Below, one piece after another: positions 1 through 13,954 of a stretch of 64,000 bases of DNA. Made by a program: the position numbers and the translations under genes. The notes below the pieces were generated by a model. It was not told the origin of the DNA. It made no database searches and saw only the letters and a program-made list of their open reading frames with translations. Each line of letters opens with the position of its first letter. The stretch's first letter is position 1. The stretch lies in NCBI GenBank assembly GCA_000388065.2, contig KB932207.1; one strand, given 5' to 3'. Source of the stretch: Fonticula alba ATCC 38817. Its lineage: Eukaryota; Protista; Nucleariida.

Positions 1-140
1 ACCATCCTGCCGCCGGCTTCCGCCGACCACACGCTCCTCCCTCCGGCCGGTGGTGCGGCCCACTCCGCCAACCAGGACACCCTCCTGCCGCCGGCCGGCG
101 CCCCGGGTGGTGGCTACCAACAGCACCCACCGCCCCATGG

Positions 141-179
<39 letters not shown>

Positions 180-1229
180 CCACCACCACCAGCAGCAGCA
201 GCAGCAGCAGCAGTACCACCACCACCAGCAGCAGCAGCAGCACCACGCGGCCGGCAACAACCCCTACGCTATGAACAACGGCCACACGCTGGTCGGCGCG
301 CAGCAGGGCGACGCATCGTATGCCAACCCGGCGGCCGGTGTCAACTCGACGCTCGTTTCCCCGCACGGCGGTGTCACCTACCACGCGCACCCGGGCAATG
401 TCAACATGACCCTGGTCGGTGGCCCGGGCGTGCCGGGCGGCGGCATGCCGATGGACTCGCATGCCACGCTGATTGGCGGCCCGCCGGCGCCTGGCTGCGA
501 TCCCAACTCCACTCTCATTGCCGGCGGGGGCCCCGCTCCGGGGATGATGATGGCCGGCCGGCCGGCCCCGGCCCCGGTGCTGGTCCCGCACCTGCGCCTG
601 CTCCCCTCGAGCGAGTACTACCCGGTGCTGGACATCGACGTCACGCGCACCATCAAGCTCGGCCGCACGGACCCCAACAACACGGACCCGGACTTCGTGC
701 CCTTCAACAGCAAGGTCATCTCTCGCCGCCATGCGGAGATCTGGGTCGTCAACAACGAGTTCTACATCCGCGACACCAAGTCCCAGTCCGGCACCTTCCT
801 CAATGGCACTCGCCTCAGTCTCCCGGGCGAGGAGTCTCGTCCGTGGAAGCTCAAGAACAACGACGTCATCCAGCTTGGTGTCGATCGTCGTGGGACCACC
901 ACCGGTGCGTGCCGCCCTTCTTTTTTTTTTCTTCTTGCCTCTCCCGGGGGGGGGGGGCCCCTTTCGCTCGCACGCTCTCCCTCCCTCCCTCCCCCCCTTC
1001 CTTCGCCCTCATCGAATTGGCCTACAACACTCCCCTCTCCTCCCGCGCCCCGGTTTTCTGACACTCTCCACATCCGGTAGACTCGTTGCGCTGCTTCTAC
1101 GCCTCGGTCGAGCTCTCCTTCCGCAATACGGCTGCCGATGCCGGCGCGCCGGTTGTCCACCCTGGCATGTACGCCATGCCGATGGCCCAGCCGCACGCGC
1201 CCGATCCCAATGCCACTCTCATTGCTTGA
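1..1229 (+). CDS. FHA-domain protein (Dma1/SLMAP-like FHA), 5' partial; exons <1-904 and 1081-1229
   Basis: Frame 1 is open from base 1 (TILPPASADHTLLPP, then polyQ/H). FHA motifs: LGR, SKVISRRHAEIW, DTKSQSGTFLNG, DVIQLGVD. A phase-1 GTGCGT..TAG intron (905-1080) continues the fold (DSLRCFYASVELSF) to TGA at 1227-1229. Confidence 0.85.
141..243 (+). repeat. (CAG)n/(CAC)n tract encoding polyQ/His in the FHA gene
   Basis: Visible CAG and CAC runs, with a duplicated CAGTACCACCACCACCAGCAG unit. Confidence 0.9.
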
Positions 1230-1451
1230 GAAGGGGGCCGGAGCATGCCGCCGTTCCTGCCAGCCATTTTTGTGCATGTGTGTCTGTATGCGCATGTGCA
1301 TGCGCGTGCGCTTTCTCCCTCTCACTGTGCGCGCGCTCGCACCCCCCCCCTCTCTCCCCCCTGTCTATCTCTCCTGCACTGTGTCGCTTTCTCTCTTCCC
1401 CTCTTCCCGTCCTTGTCAGCGCTCCTTCTCTCCTCTTGCGCGCCCACATGC

Positions 1452-1487
<36 letters not shown>

Positions 1488-2895
1488 TAGCATGTATGTC
1501 CGCGCACGGGCCGGGACACGCATGTCCAAAAGTGCCTTTGGTGAGCATGCCTTTTGCTGCCACCATGACAAGGAGGAGCGGCGGTGTGTAGAGCAAGTGG
1601 ATTTCTCGCCTTGAGTCTTTGCCGAGCCGTCGAGAAACGCAAACGTACACACAGCCGCAGGGTCCCCTCCCCGTGGAAGGGCGTGGTGGGGAGGGGGGGG
1701 GGGGGGGGCAAAGCATGGGAGCAAATCAAACACCCATGCCTCTGCACCAGTTTCCGGATCCCCGCAATCGTCGGGGCCCACGCGCGCCGGTCCCCCTTGT
1801 GTACGGCGGCGGGCGTCTCTCGGGCGCGAACAGCCGGCCGCATAGCCCGCCTGTGTCGGATCCCCGCTCCGTCCACCTGGTCCCGGCTCGCCTTTTCTTG
1901 CGCGAGCCGAAAAAACGGACGCCCAGGCGGCGGCAGTTCTCCTCGCCGGCTCAGGGAGCGCGCGCGCGCGCGTGAACGACTCATCACATGCCCAGACACA
2001 CCAGCCCGGGTTACGCCCGGGGCTTGTGCTCTCCGTGCGGGATGTTATCTTGCCCGGAGCTTCCAGCCGGTCGGCGCGTGCGCATGCGCGGGCACGGGTG
2101 CCGCGCGAGAGAGAGACGGGGACCTACACTCGCCCACCGCCCGCCCCCCCCCCCCCCAGGGCGGCCGGAGCACACGGGCTGAGAGGCCACCCTGCCTGTG
2201 CCCCCGCCCCCCGCGCCGCCCCCCTCTCGTCAGGGGGCCGAGGCGGGTTTGTGTCGGGACGCGGTCACAGGTCGGGTGCGTGCGTTCGGCCGGGGCTGGC
2301 CGGTGCGCGGCCCCCCTCGTCAGCGTCCCTGCCTCCCCGGGGCACCCCTTCTGCCGCGAGGAACGTGTCTGCCAAGTCGGAGGGGGGGGGGGGGGGGGGC
2401 GGGGGCGGGGCCATGCGATGTCAGGACAGACGGGGTGGGGGCCATTTGAGCGTCGGCGTGCCGTGACACGGTGGGGCGTGTCTTTCGCTGCTTGGCCGGC
2501 TTCCCTATCTCCCCCTCTCTCAGGTTCTCGAGCCTCGCGTGTTTCCGCGTCCACGGGCGTTTGTGAGTGTATCCTTGTGTTGTCGGCCGAGAACGACGGT
2601 CAGCCAAGCGACCGTCTGGTGGCGCGGCCAGTGTACGCGAACATGCGTGTCCCCATGTGCTGTGGGAGGCGGCCTTCAACCACCTCACAACACGGCGGGC
2701 GGTCCCCTTCCCCTGAGAGGGGGCCACCGGGCGTGGCTGAGGACGCCCGAGCAAGCGCTGGCGAGTCATGACCGGGCGCGAGAGGGACAACGCGAGACGC
2801 GGCTCTCCTGACCCCCTTGCTCATCGTCTCCTGGAGAACGTGGGCCGTGGATAGGGGGTCTCTGTCTCTGTCTCTGTCTTTGTTTGTGTCTCTCG

Positions 2896-2926
<31 letters not shown>

Positions 2927-3691
2927 ACCGTCCCTCTCTTTGTCCGCCCCTCGACCCTTCGCTGGCGCTGCCTGTCTTACCGGCGCGAAGCCGCGCGTTT
3001 CAGGCCGGCTGCTCTCCAAACTCCCCGACCCGATAGTCGGCAGCTGATCGACCAATTCGCTGGGGGGTAGGGTCTAGGCCCGCTGGGCGATCGGGCATGC
3101 AGCCGGCGCCCGGCCCCCCCCCCCCCCCCCTGCCTGTGTGTGGGACTGTGCGCGCGCATGTGTGCAGGGGCGTGTGCTCGCCGGGCTGTGTGCGTGTGCG
3201 CGTCCTCTGTCGGGCGGGTGCGCTTTCGATCTGCCCGTGTGACAGACAAGTTCGCCGGGGGAGGACTGTCGTGATGTGCGTGCGTGTGCACGTCAGCGTG
3301 AGACCGCAGGCGTACTTCTGCTCGGCTGCCTCCCCGGGCCAAGTGCAGGCCCTCGCATCATGCCTCTCCCCTGCGAGGGTGCGTGTGGGTGGAGGGGGAT
3401 GGCTTCCACTCTCTGGCGCCGCTTGTCGCGCAACTCGCTACGCTCGCCGGACCGCCGAGGGAGCGGAGCATCGAAGGGGATGCACACCGCCAGGTCAGGA
3501 CATGCCGGGAGTAGACCAAACCTCTTGCCCCGCCCTGCCTCGCCCGAATCGCTCGTCGGGTATGACACCCTGCGCCTGTTCTTGCCCTTGTCCCCGTCCT
3601 CCCTCCCTGCGTGCCTGTTGTCTCCTCGTCTGACCCCCCTGCCCCCTCCCCCTTCGCCCGTCCCGAAGCTCAAACGATACACCCTCCCACC

Positions 3692-5580
<1,889 letters not shown>

Positions 5581-6287
5581 AGCGGCGCCAAGGAGGCCGC
5601 GCGTGTGCGCGCGTGCGTCCACAGGCCAGGGAAGCCGGGCCATGGTATAAACACGTGTGTGGATGTCCCCCCTCCCTGCCCCCCCCCCCCCCTCCCCATC
5701 TCCCTCTTCCTCCCCCTCCCCTTCCTCGCCGCGTGTTCGGGAGAGAGGGGCACTCTGAGGGCCGAGCCTGCCGCCACTCTTTCCCCCGCGGGCTCCCCTG
5801 CTCTCATTTCCTTCGCTCTTGACAGCATCCCGAGGAGGGCCGCGCCCTGGCCATGTCGCATGGCTGCGCCTACATCATCCCGTCCGCGTGCGCGCATGTT
5901 CCTGCGTTTCTTCCCGGACCAATACATCCATCCTCTTCCGCTGTTTGCTTTTTTTTGGCTGTGGGTGTCTGTGGCCGCGCCTCTTGCAAGTGGGCGTTGC
6001 GCCCATTCTTTTTACTCCCGCCCCCGCCCGCCGCTCTCGCCATCCCTCCATTGTGCCGTGTTCTTCCCGAGCAGGGGGGGGGGGAGGTGGGCTCCTTCTT
6101 CAAGACCCGGCCTTCGTCCCCCGTGTCGATGCGCCCCCTCGATATTTGCTTGCTCCTTTCTTTCCTCCTCCCCCTCCCTCTCTCCCGCCCTCCCGGCATC
6201 CATGCCCCCCCACACGCACTCCTGGCCTGCTCTCTGATGTCTGATGTGTATTCATCTCCCCTCTTCAGGTAGCGGGGAGACGCCGGT

Positions 6288-9200
6288 TCACTGTAGCGAC
6301 TCCCGGAAGAAAGTGGTCACATAGGCTTCGTATGCCTCCGGAGCGGCCACTGCCAGGACCGGATGCTCGGTGCAGTGACCGCGCACCTTGGTCACCGTGT
6401 GATCGGATGCTCGGCTGCGTGTTCCACCGCCCCCGCCGCCGGTGACATACGACAGCAGGGACCGGCCGAGGCCCACCAAAAATGACGGCTCGCCCGGGGC
6501 CTCACCCGCGCCGGTGGGTGCTTCCCCTCCCACCGGCCCGGGGCCTGGGTGTTTCTGCCCCGGTGAGGGGGCGGCCTCCATTGTGCGGTCCGGCCCCTCG
6601 GCGGCCGGATCGCTGCCTGCCATGCTGCCAGCCGCGGAGGACCCCTGGTCATGGCCGCTCCCCGGGCCGGGCGGCGAGGCGGTACTGCCGCCGGGTCCAG
6701 CCTGGCCCCCCCCACGGCCCGACGACGCGGCGGCCACCTGGAAGATGTGCGCCGGGGTCACCTCCGGCCGGAGGGCGTGGCGCTGGTCGACATTGTCCGG
6801 ATCGAACCAGGAGAAGTCCCGCGGGTCCATGTCCAGCCGGAAGGTGGTCGTGTCGAGCGGCTGCGTGGCGGGGATGACAACCGGCCCGGTTCCCGGGGCC
6901 GACTCCACGCTGCGTGGCTGCTTGGTGGCCGTCGCCATGGCCGGCTTCTCCCCCGGGGGGACTCCCTTCGGCCGCGGGCGTTGTTGGGCATCCTCCACGC
7001 GGCTGGCATCGGCCCCGATGCCACCGGAGAGGGCATCCGGCGGGCTGGGGTCGGCGCGCGCCGCGAGGAGATCATGCTCGGCGCGGGCCCACGCATGCTC
7101 GGCAGCCGTCATGGACGATCCATAGGCCGCGGCATCGATGGTGGAGATGTACCACTCGCGCACGCGGAAGCCGGCGATGCGCCCGGTACTGGCGAGGAGG
7201 CGCCCCTGTCGGACCGGCACCACCTCATCGTCAATGGAGTGTGCCACGGCCAGCTGCCGGTCCAATAGAGCACCGGCCAGCCCCGGGGCCGAGGGCTCCG
7301 GCAGCGACCACACATATTGCCCGGTGCTGCTCCGGAGGACGACCAGCCCCGGCGAGGACCCGGTCGAGTCCCGGCGATGGAGCTGCCGCGCATGGTCCAG
7401 GTCCACGGCGTTGCCATCGGCCCGGGTGGAAATCCCAGGGATGCGAAGCTGCCAGCCGGGCGGCATGCTCGGCCGGGCCGCCGGGCCGCCGGCCGAGGGC
7501 AGCTCGGCGGTCACGCGCACCTGCTGCCCGGGCACCGGTGCGGTCGGCATGGCCGGGTCGCCGCCGCCGCCGCCGCCGCCGGGTCCCGGCCCGGCCGAGT
7601 TCAAGGGCAGGCTGCCGAACATCTCATCCGCCGGACGTGCCCAATTCAAGTCCACCTGGCGGCGCACGCCGCGCACAATGTCCCTGGCATAGGCCCAGCT
7701 GAGGCCGATGAAGAAGCCGCCCGACACATTGCCCACGTTGAAGGCCGTTCGCAGGACATTCCGCGGGCTGAACACCCCGGAGTCCATGAATACCGCGCGG
7801 ATTTGGGGCATCTTACCCATGGCGATGGCCACGGTGGACGCGCCGGCCGACACGCCCCAGAGGCCGATGTGCTCCGGGCGAATGCCCCGCTCGCGGACCA
7901 GGTAGTCCACGGCTCCAACATGGTCCAGGTACTCCGAGGCGCCCCAGTGGAAGTGCCGCTTGGACCCGCGCAGGCGCCCGCTGGTGCCCATGTTCCGCGC
8001 GTCGACCAGCAGCACGCTGAAGCCGGCCCGCCACAGGAGGAAGGCCGGCTGCAGGACGCTCGGGGTCCGCCGGGACGAGGCGAACCCATGCTGCATGATG
8101 ATCACCCGCTCCATGCCGTCCGGGAAGGCGGCCTGTGTCCGGGCGGCCTCGGCCACCGTGGCCGTCATGTATGTTTGGTTGCTGGCCTGGATCCAGTTGC
8201 CGGGGCCCGGGGCACCGGCCTGGTCGGGCCCCCCGGGCACTGTGACCTCCTGGCAGCCATCCTCCAGGCGACAGGGCACCGAGGCCGGCTCATGCACGTA
8301 CTGCCATCCGCCCGGGCCGTAGCGCCAGACATAGGACCAGGTCTCGCTGCTCTCGAGGTTTTCCTCCTCCTCCATCTCATACTCGTATTCGTAGTAATAG
8401 TAGATATACTCATCGCCGCCGTCGTCGTCGTCGTCGTCGTCATCATCATCTTCAAGATCATACTCCTCTTCGTATTCCGCGTCCTCGTCATCGTAGTCAT
8501 CGTCATCGTAGTCCTCGTCATCGTAATCCTCGTCCTCGTCCTCGTCGAAGTCGTCGTCCTCGTCGAAGTCGTCGTCCTCGTCGAAGTCGTCGTCCTCGTC
8601 ATCGAAATCCTCGTCGAACTCCTTGTCGAACTCCTCGTCAAACTTGTCGAACTCCTTGTCGAATTCATCCTCAATGTCCAGGAAGAAGGGGTCCACCTTG
8701 CGAGGTTCACTCTGCGGCGCCGCCGCGCTGGGGAGGGCCCCTCCACCAGGGGAAGACTCCAGCGGCTCGGATTTGACACTTGGCCGGGGCGGCAGCCCTG
8801 TCGTCGATTCCTCTGCACCTGGGGAGATGGCCCCGGATTCGCCCGCAGGGGCAGCAACCGCCCCGGAGCCGGCTTCCGCCACACTCCCATTCTTGGGCTT
8901 CTCCTCGTCCACAATCTCCCGTGAGGTGGGCAAGTCAGCTGCCGAGCTCCCGGCTCCGGGAGCCGCCTGCCCCAGCGGGTCGCGGTGCATGCTGCCATTT
9001 GATTGGTCAAGGGGCTCGGCGGCACTCCCTTGGGCGGCCCTCTCTGGCTCAGTGGGCGCCGGGGCCTGCGTGGCGGCCGCCGTCGGGGCCTGTGTGGCGG
9101 CCGCCGTCGGGGCCTGTGTGGCCTCTACTGTCGGGGCCTGCGTGGCCTCTACTGTCGGGGCCTGCGTGGCCTCTACTGTCGGGGCCTGCGTGGCTGCCGG

Positions 9201-11091
9201 CGTGGGGATGGCAGTTGGTGCCTGCGTCGCCAAGGGTTCAGCAGGTGTCCTCGGGGTCGGGCGCAATGGGCGCCGAGGGCCGGAGGGAGGCGAGTCACGG
9301 CCCCGGCGCCAGCGACCGCGACTCGTCAGAGGCCCCTCCACGGTGGCCCAAGTGTCGGCGCCAGAATCAACCTTGGCCGAGGCACCCTCCTGGCGAAGCA
9401 GCCACTCGGGCAGCGGCACTCGCGCCGGGCCGGAGGACTGTCGCACGTCCGAGCGTCTCCGGTCCGGGGCCTGGGAGGCCGGCTGCTCCGGGCCCCGGGC
9501 CTGGACAAGCATTTCGTGGACCGATGCATCGACCGTGACCACGCGCCGGCGAGGATGGGCGTGGGGCTTGCCGTCAGCCGGGCCGGCCTCCGGGCGCCAG
9601 CGCCGGCGCAGGACCATTCCCTCGGTGGCCGCGCCGCGCTTCGACCGCTGGGCCTCGGTGGGGGCCGCCTCATGGCGCCTGGCGTGGCTGCTTTCGCGCA
9701 GGATGTCCCGCTCGGCGAAGCCCGGCGCGCGAATGTACCACGCGCGGATCTCGATCAAGTCCTCCGCCGTGGGGAAGGACACGGTCTCAATGCGTGCCGA
9801 CCGGGGGAATTGATACGGCTGCAGGGCGGAAACCCGGTCGTAGCGCGTGCAGCCGCTGTCTTCCAGTCGGTAGGAGGTCGGCTCATTCAGCGGGTAGACA
9901 TTGTGCCGGGCCCAGGTGAAGACCCCGGCGGCTGGGGCACCGGTGGCATAAGGTCAGTTGGCAGGCTCGGTGGTCGGGCATCGGGGCGGGGCGAGGGGGC
10001 GAGGGGGGGNNNNNNNNNNNNNNNNNNNNNNNNNNNNNNNNNNNNNNNNNNNNNNNNNNNNNNNNNNNNNNNNNNNNNNNNNNNNNNNNNNNNNNNNNNN
10101 NNNNNNNNGGCAGTCGTGGACGCGGGGCAGAAAGGCCGGCAAGAATACCGCAGGCGGAGGCCATGCCAATGGGCAAGGCTCGCCACTTGCCAGCCATCGC
10201 GCGAGGGTGTCGGGAACACGCACCGGCTGCGCAAATGATGGCATAGACGATGACCAAGAACGTCCAGCAAGCCAGCAGGATGAGCGCCACATAGATGAGA
10301 ACCTTCCACCAGGTGATGGGTCTCCGGAAGACCGAGGCAATGCCGGACCCGATGGCTGGCAGGGGGCACCGCGTGCGCAGGGCAAAATGATGGGAGGGGG
10401 GGGGGGGGACGGGGCGGGACAGTTCACGTGGAACAGTCAGCGCACGGGAAGGGGGGGAGCAGGTGCCAGATGCTCCCTTGTCAAACCATTGCAAGCGCAA
10501 ACACACACACACACACACATCGCCTGCTGGGCGACAGGGCTTCAAGGGTGGGCAAGCCCAGATGCACGTACTTCGGAAGAAGCCACGGCGCTTGGCCGGG
10601 GCCACGGAGATGACGGAGGCCGCTGGCGACCCTATCGCGCCACGGGCCGCGGCCGGGCCCTCGCCGGCGGGACGCACCGAGACGTCCCCCGGATCGACGG
10701 CGGCCACGCCGACCTGGGACTCGGGATCAAGAGGGCCGGTCCCCGGCGGCGGGGCCCCATATGGCCCGGGGGTGCTTGGACGCGAGGGCAGCGCGAGCCC
10801 CGGCGGGCCCGGGTCACCCCGGTCATGCACATTCACCGGGTAAAGGGAGTAGGCTTCCGCACGGCGTGGCCCGGTGGGCGTGCCAGTCAAGTGGGGGTAG
10901 ATCGGCTGCCGAGGATAGCCCCGGGGGTCATACTCCTGATTCAGCTGCTGCGGTTGCTGTGTTTGCCGGGGCTGCTGTGACTGCTGCGACTGCTGCGACT
11001 GCTGCGGCTGCTGCGGCTGCTGCGGCTGCTGCGGCTGCTGCGGCTGCTGCGGCTGCTGCGGCTGTTGTTGATGGTGATGGTGGTGGTACAT
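6288..11091 (-). CDS. Single-pass membrane alpha/beta hydrolase (YfhR/ABHD13-like fold) with large low-complexity insertions; exons 11091-10572, 10355-10224, 9931-6288
   Basis: Both introns splice in phase. TM segment VLIYVALILLACWTFLVIVYAIICAAAAGVF. Fold motifs: VSFPTAEDLIEIRAWY, IIMQHGF, LLVDARNMGTS, nucleophile WGVSAG, AVAHSIDDEVVP (Asp), VRGHCTEH (candidate His). Confidence 0.85.
9058..9195 (-). repeat. 24-bp coding tandem repeat encoding ATQAPT(VE/AA), 5-6 copies
   Basis: Repeated GGGGCCTG(C/T)GTGGC core on the + strand; the translation shows ATQAPTVE x3 and ATQAPTAA x2. Confidence 0.9.
10973..11070 (-). repeat. 9-bp (CAGCCGCAG)n coding repeat, QPQ/QSQ tract
   Basis: ctgctgcgg/ctgctgcga units on the + strand. 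Confidence 0.9.
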
Positions 11092-13954
11092 GGCTCCGGT
11101 CCTCAAAGATCACAGATCCTGCGCGCTGGCGACCAACTGTGCATAGCGTTGTTGCCGGAACGACGCAGAGTCAGCAAGGGCGGCACAGAAGGCCGAGGCA
11201 ATGCCCAGGCACAGGTTCGGCGACTCGGAGCTCAACAACGTTCGGGCAGTACGAGCAGGTCGAGCCAGGGGGCGCACGCAGGCACTCAGAGAGCCCGATG
11301 CAGGGAGATCGGCTTTCGGTGAGGGTGGTATGCCCAGGCGGTGAGTCATGCGCCACTGCGGAGGGAGGGCAGCATAGGATGGCGACGGAGAGAGGTAGAC
11401 GGTAGCAGGGCGGCAAGGAGGCAGGAGGGTAGCAGGGCAGGGGGGGGAGGGGGGGGGGGCGGGGAGCCAGTGCGCAAGGCTGACTTCAGAGGCGTTTTCA
11501 TGTCTCCGCACCCCAGAGGCAAGAACGGGGCCTCACTTGAGCCCCGATGCCTTGCGTGTGTGAGCCCTGCTGAAGGGCCGGCGCCTCGCGCGTCAGCCCC
11601 GAAGGCCTGTCCTCGCCCAGCCTCACATCGAGCAGCACACCTGCGTTGAGCCCCCGCGCCAGCGAGGGGGGCGGGCGTCGGGGGGAGAGCTGCTCCGGCG
11701 ATGAAGGTAAGCACCAGACGCCCGGAGGCACCATGCTTCTTGGGTCCATGGCATTGCGTCGGTGAGCCTGCCAGCGCCCAGGCCGAGCTGCAATTAAACG
11801 GTCATCTCCTGGCGGGCGGAGGCCGCGCCGCTCGGGTGATCCAAGAATCCCCGGGTGCTTTGCGCCACGATCCCCCCCCCCCCCCCCCCCCCGACCCAGG
11901 CCGGGGCTGTTGCTGACGAGCAGGGCACCCTGCTTCGCCGGACTGGAGCGCGATCGCGAGCCCGCAGGCCGACGGGCAAACGCCCTCCCGGGCCGCCATG
12001 CACCGGTCTCGGCCCCGGGGCCGGGGGTGACATGGGCCTCCAGGCCCGGGCCCGGGGTTGATTCGGCCCTCTGGCCTGTTGTGAGGGCCTCCCGACCGGC
12101 GAGGGGCCATGCCTCGGGCGCCATTCGCCGCAGACCTTGTGCTTTCGTGGAGGCTGCCCATGGGCCTTTCTTTTCATTTGGCCTGTTCTTGCCTCGTCTT
12201 TTGTCGACCGCTCTCCCCGCGCCATATGCCGCCCCCGCCCCCTTGCAACACTTGGCCATTCTGTCAGGACCTTAAACTGCCTCACCCACAATTGAAACAT
12301 CGGATGCAAGCCTGTTTTGCGTCCCCCCCCCCCGCTCCGGCGGCCCGACGACTTGTTCGTTGGCGCACGGTCGCGACCGCGATGGTGGCCGCGACCCCTG
12401 CACTGAGGCCTGCCGCGTCGCGCGGCACCGGCCGGCCGACGCCCAACAAGGTGAGGACGGTCCTCGATCGGGACGGATGGTTGCACAGCATTCGCTGGTC
12501 GGGGGCGGGGCGCGCGTTTGGATCAGGTACTGGTGAGCCGCCCCCCCCCCCCCCCCTACCCCGGGGGGACAGGGCGAGGGCACTTCATCCGAGACAGGAT
12601 CATGGAGCGCATCTATTTTTCGGCCAGAGGCAGCCCCACCCGAGGCACCTCGTCCAGGCGGGACTTGGCGGATTTATTGTTTTTCCGCCCGGGCCCGGCG
12701 TTTCCCCCAGATGGGGGGGGGGGGGGGGGGGGCAATAGTAAACAAGATTCGGGATGCCCCCCGCCCCCGTGCCTTTATTTTGCCAGGGAGAACGGCCATC
12801 GCCGCAAGGCCTGCCAGACCGAACCCATTCAGCCCAGGGATTGTGTGTCAGTGTCTCGACTATCTCTTTCTCTCTCCACCTCTCCCTCTCCCTCCCCCCC
12901 CCCTCTCTCTCTCTCTCTCTCCATCTCTCCCTCTCTCCCTCTCTCCCTCGCCTGCGGCCCCCAGAGGTGCACAAGAGTCTCGCCCGGAAGGACCATTCAC
13001 ACCCGACGGTGCGTCATATCCGAGGGAAACACAACAAACATACCCTCTGGGCTGATGCGCCATCAAAGAGGCATGACCCCCGCGGTGTGGGACACGAGCT
13101 GGCTCTTTCATCGATTTTGAGTGTCTGCCTTTGCTCCTCAGCTGGGCTCGAGCGAGCGGAGGCGGCCGAGATATGCAAAGGCGGCCTTTGGCGGGAAGGC
13201 ACAACGCAACGCGGCGTGACTGCTTGTGCGCCGCCCCCGCCCCCGGCCCAGTCCCTGCTCCTTCTCACTCCCTCCCTCCCTCCCTCTCTCTCTCTCTCAC
13301 ACACACACACACGCACGCACACACAAGAGCCACATCCGCCATGCCACCCCCCGCCCTTCGCCTTGCCCGCACCGCAGGAAGCATTTGAAAAGGAAAACCC
13401 CCAACAGAGACACATCGGAATACACGGGGCTTTCTTTTTGGTGAGGCGCATTTAGGCGTGACACGGACATTACACGCCGCCAAGTGGCGAACGACGCCTT
13501 CCTGCATGCGGAGGAGACCCCCTGCTGGAGCATGCGAGGCTCACTGGGCTTCTTCTCAAATGTGTGCGCACACACATACACACACACAACCAGGCGCGCA
13601 AACAGCCATATTTGTCCGTGGAACCTGGGCAAGGCAGCCACAACCGAGGGCGGAGGGCGCGCAGCGTCTCGCGAGGACGGGGGCGCGCGAAGGGAGGCGA
13701 GGCTCGGAGCCCGGCCCGGCGAGCGCCCGCGTGGTGCTTGTGCCCGGCGCGATGCGCGCTCAACCGGCTCCACGGTTCTGGACCTCCGCCCTGCCCCTCC
13801 TACTTACGCCTTCTCTCGGCTCGCCTGTCCCCGCGCACGCGCGCGCACACGCACACGCACTCGCACGTGCATGTACGTATGTGCGTCGGGCCATTGCCCC
13901 CCTCTCTTTCTCGGCGTCACACTCGCCTCGCCCCTCGCGCAAATCCCGGCGGCC

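Noticed and set aside
8623-10238. Long antisense ORFs (e.g. 7317-8924+, 8623-9813+, 28004-30079+) and most ORF-track entries
   Set aside because: These are shadows of GC-rich coding strands or low-complexity DNA, with no motifs.
13415-13440. ACACGGGGCT, similar to RNase MRP CR-V
   Set aside because: No matching GAAAGTCCCC CR-I lies within range upstream. The AAAGTCCCC hits at about 43813 and 45484 lack a partner.
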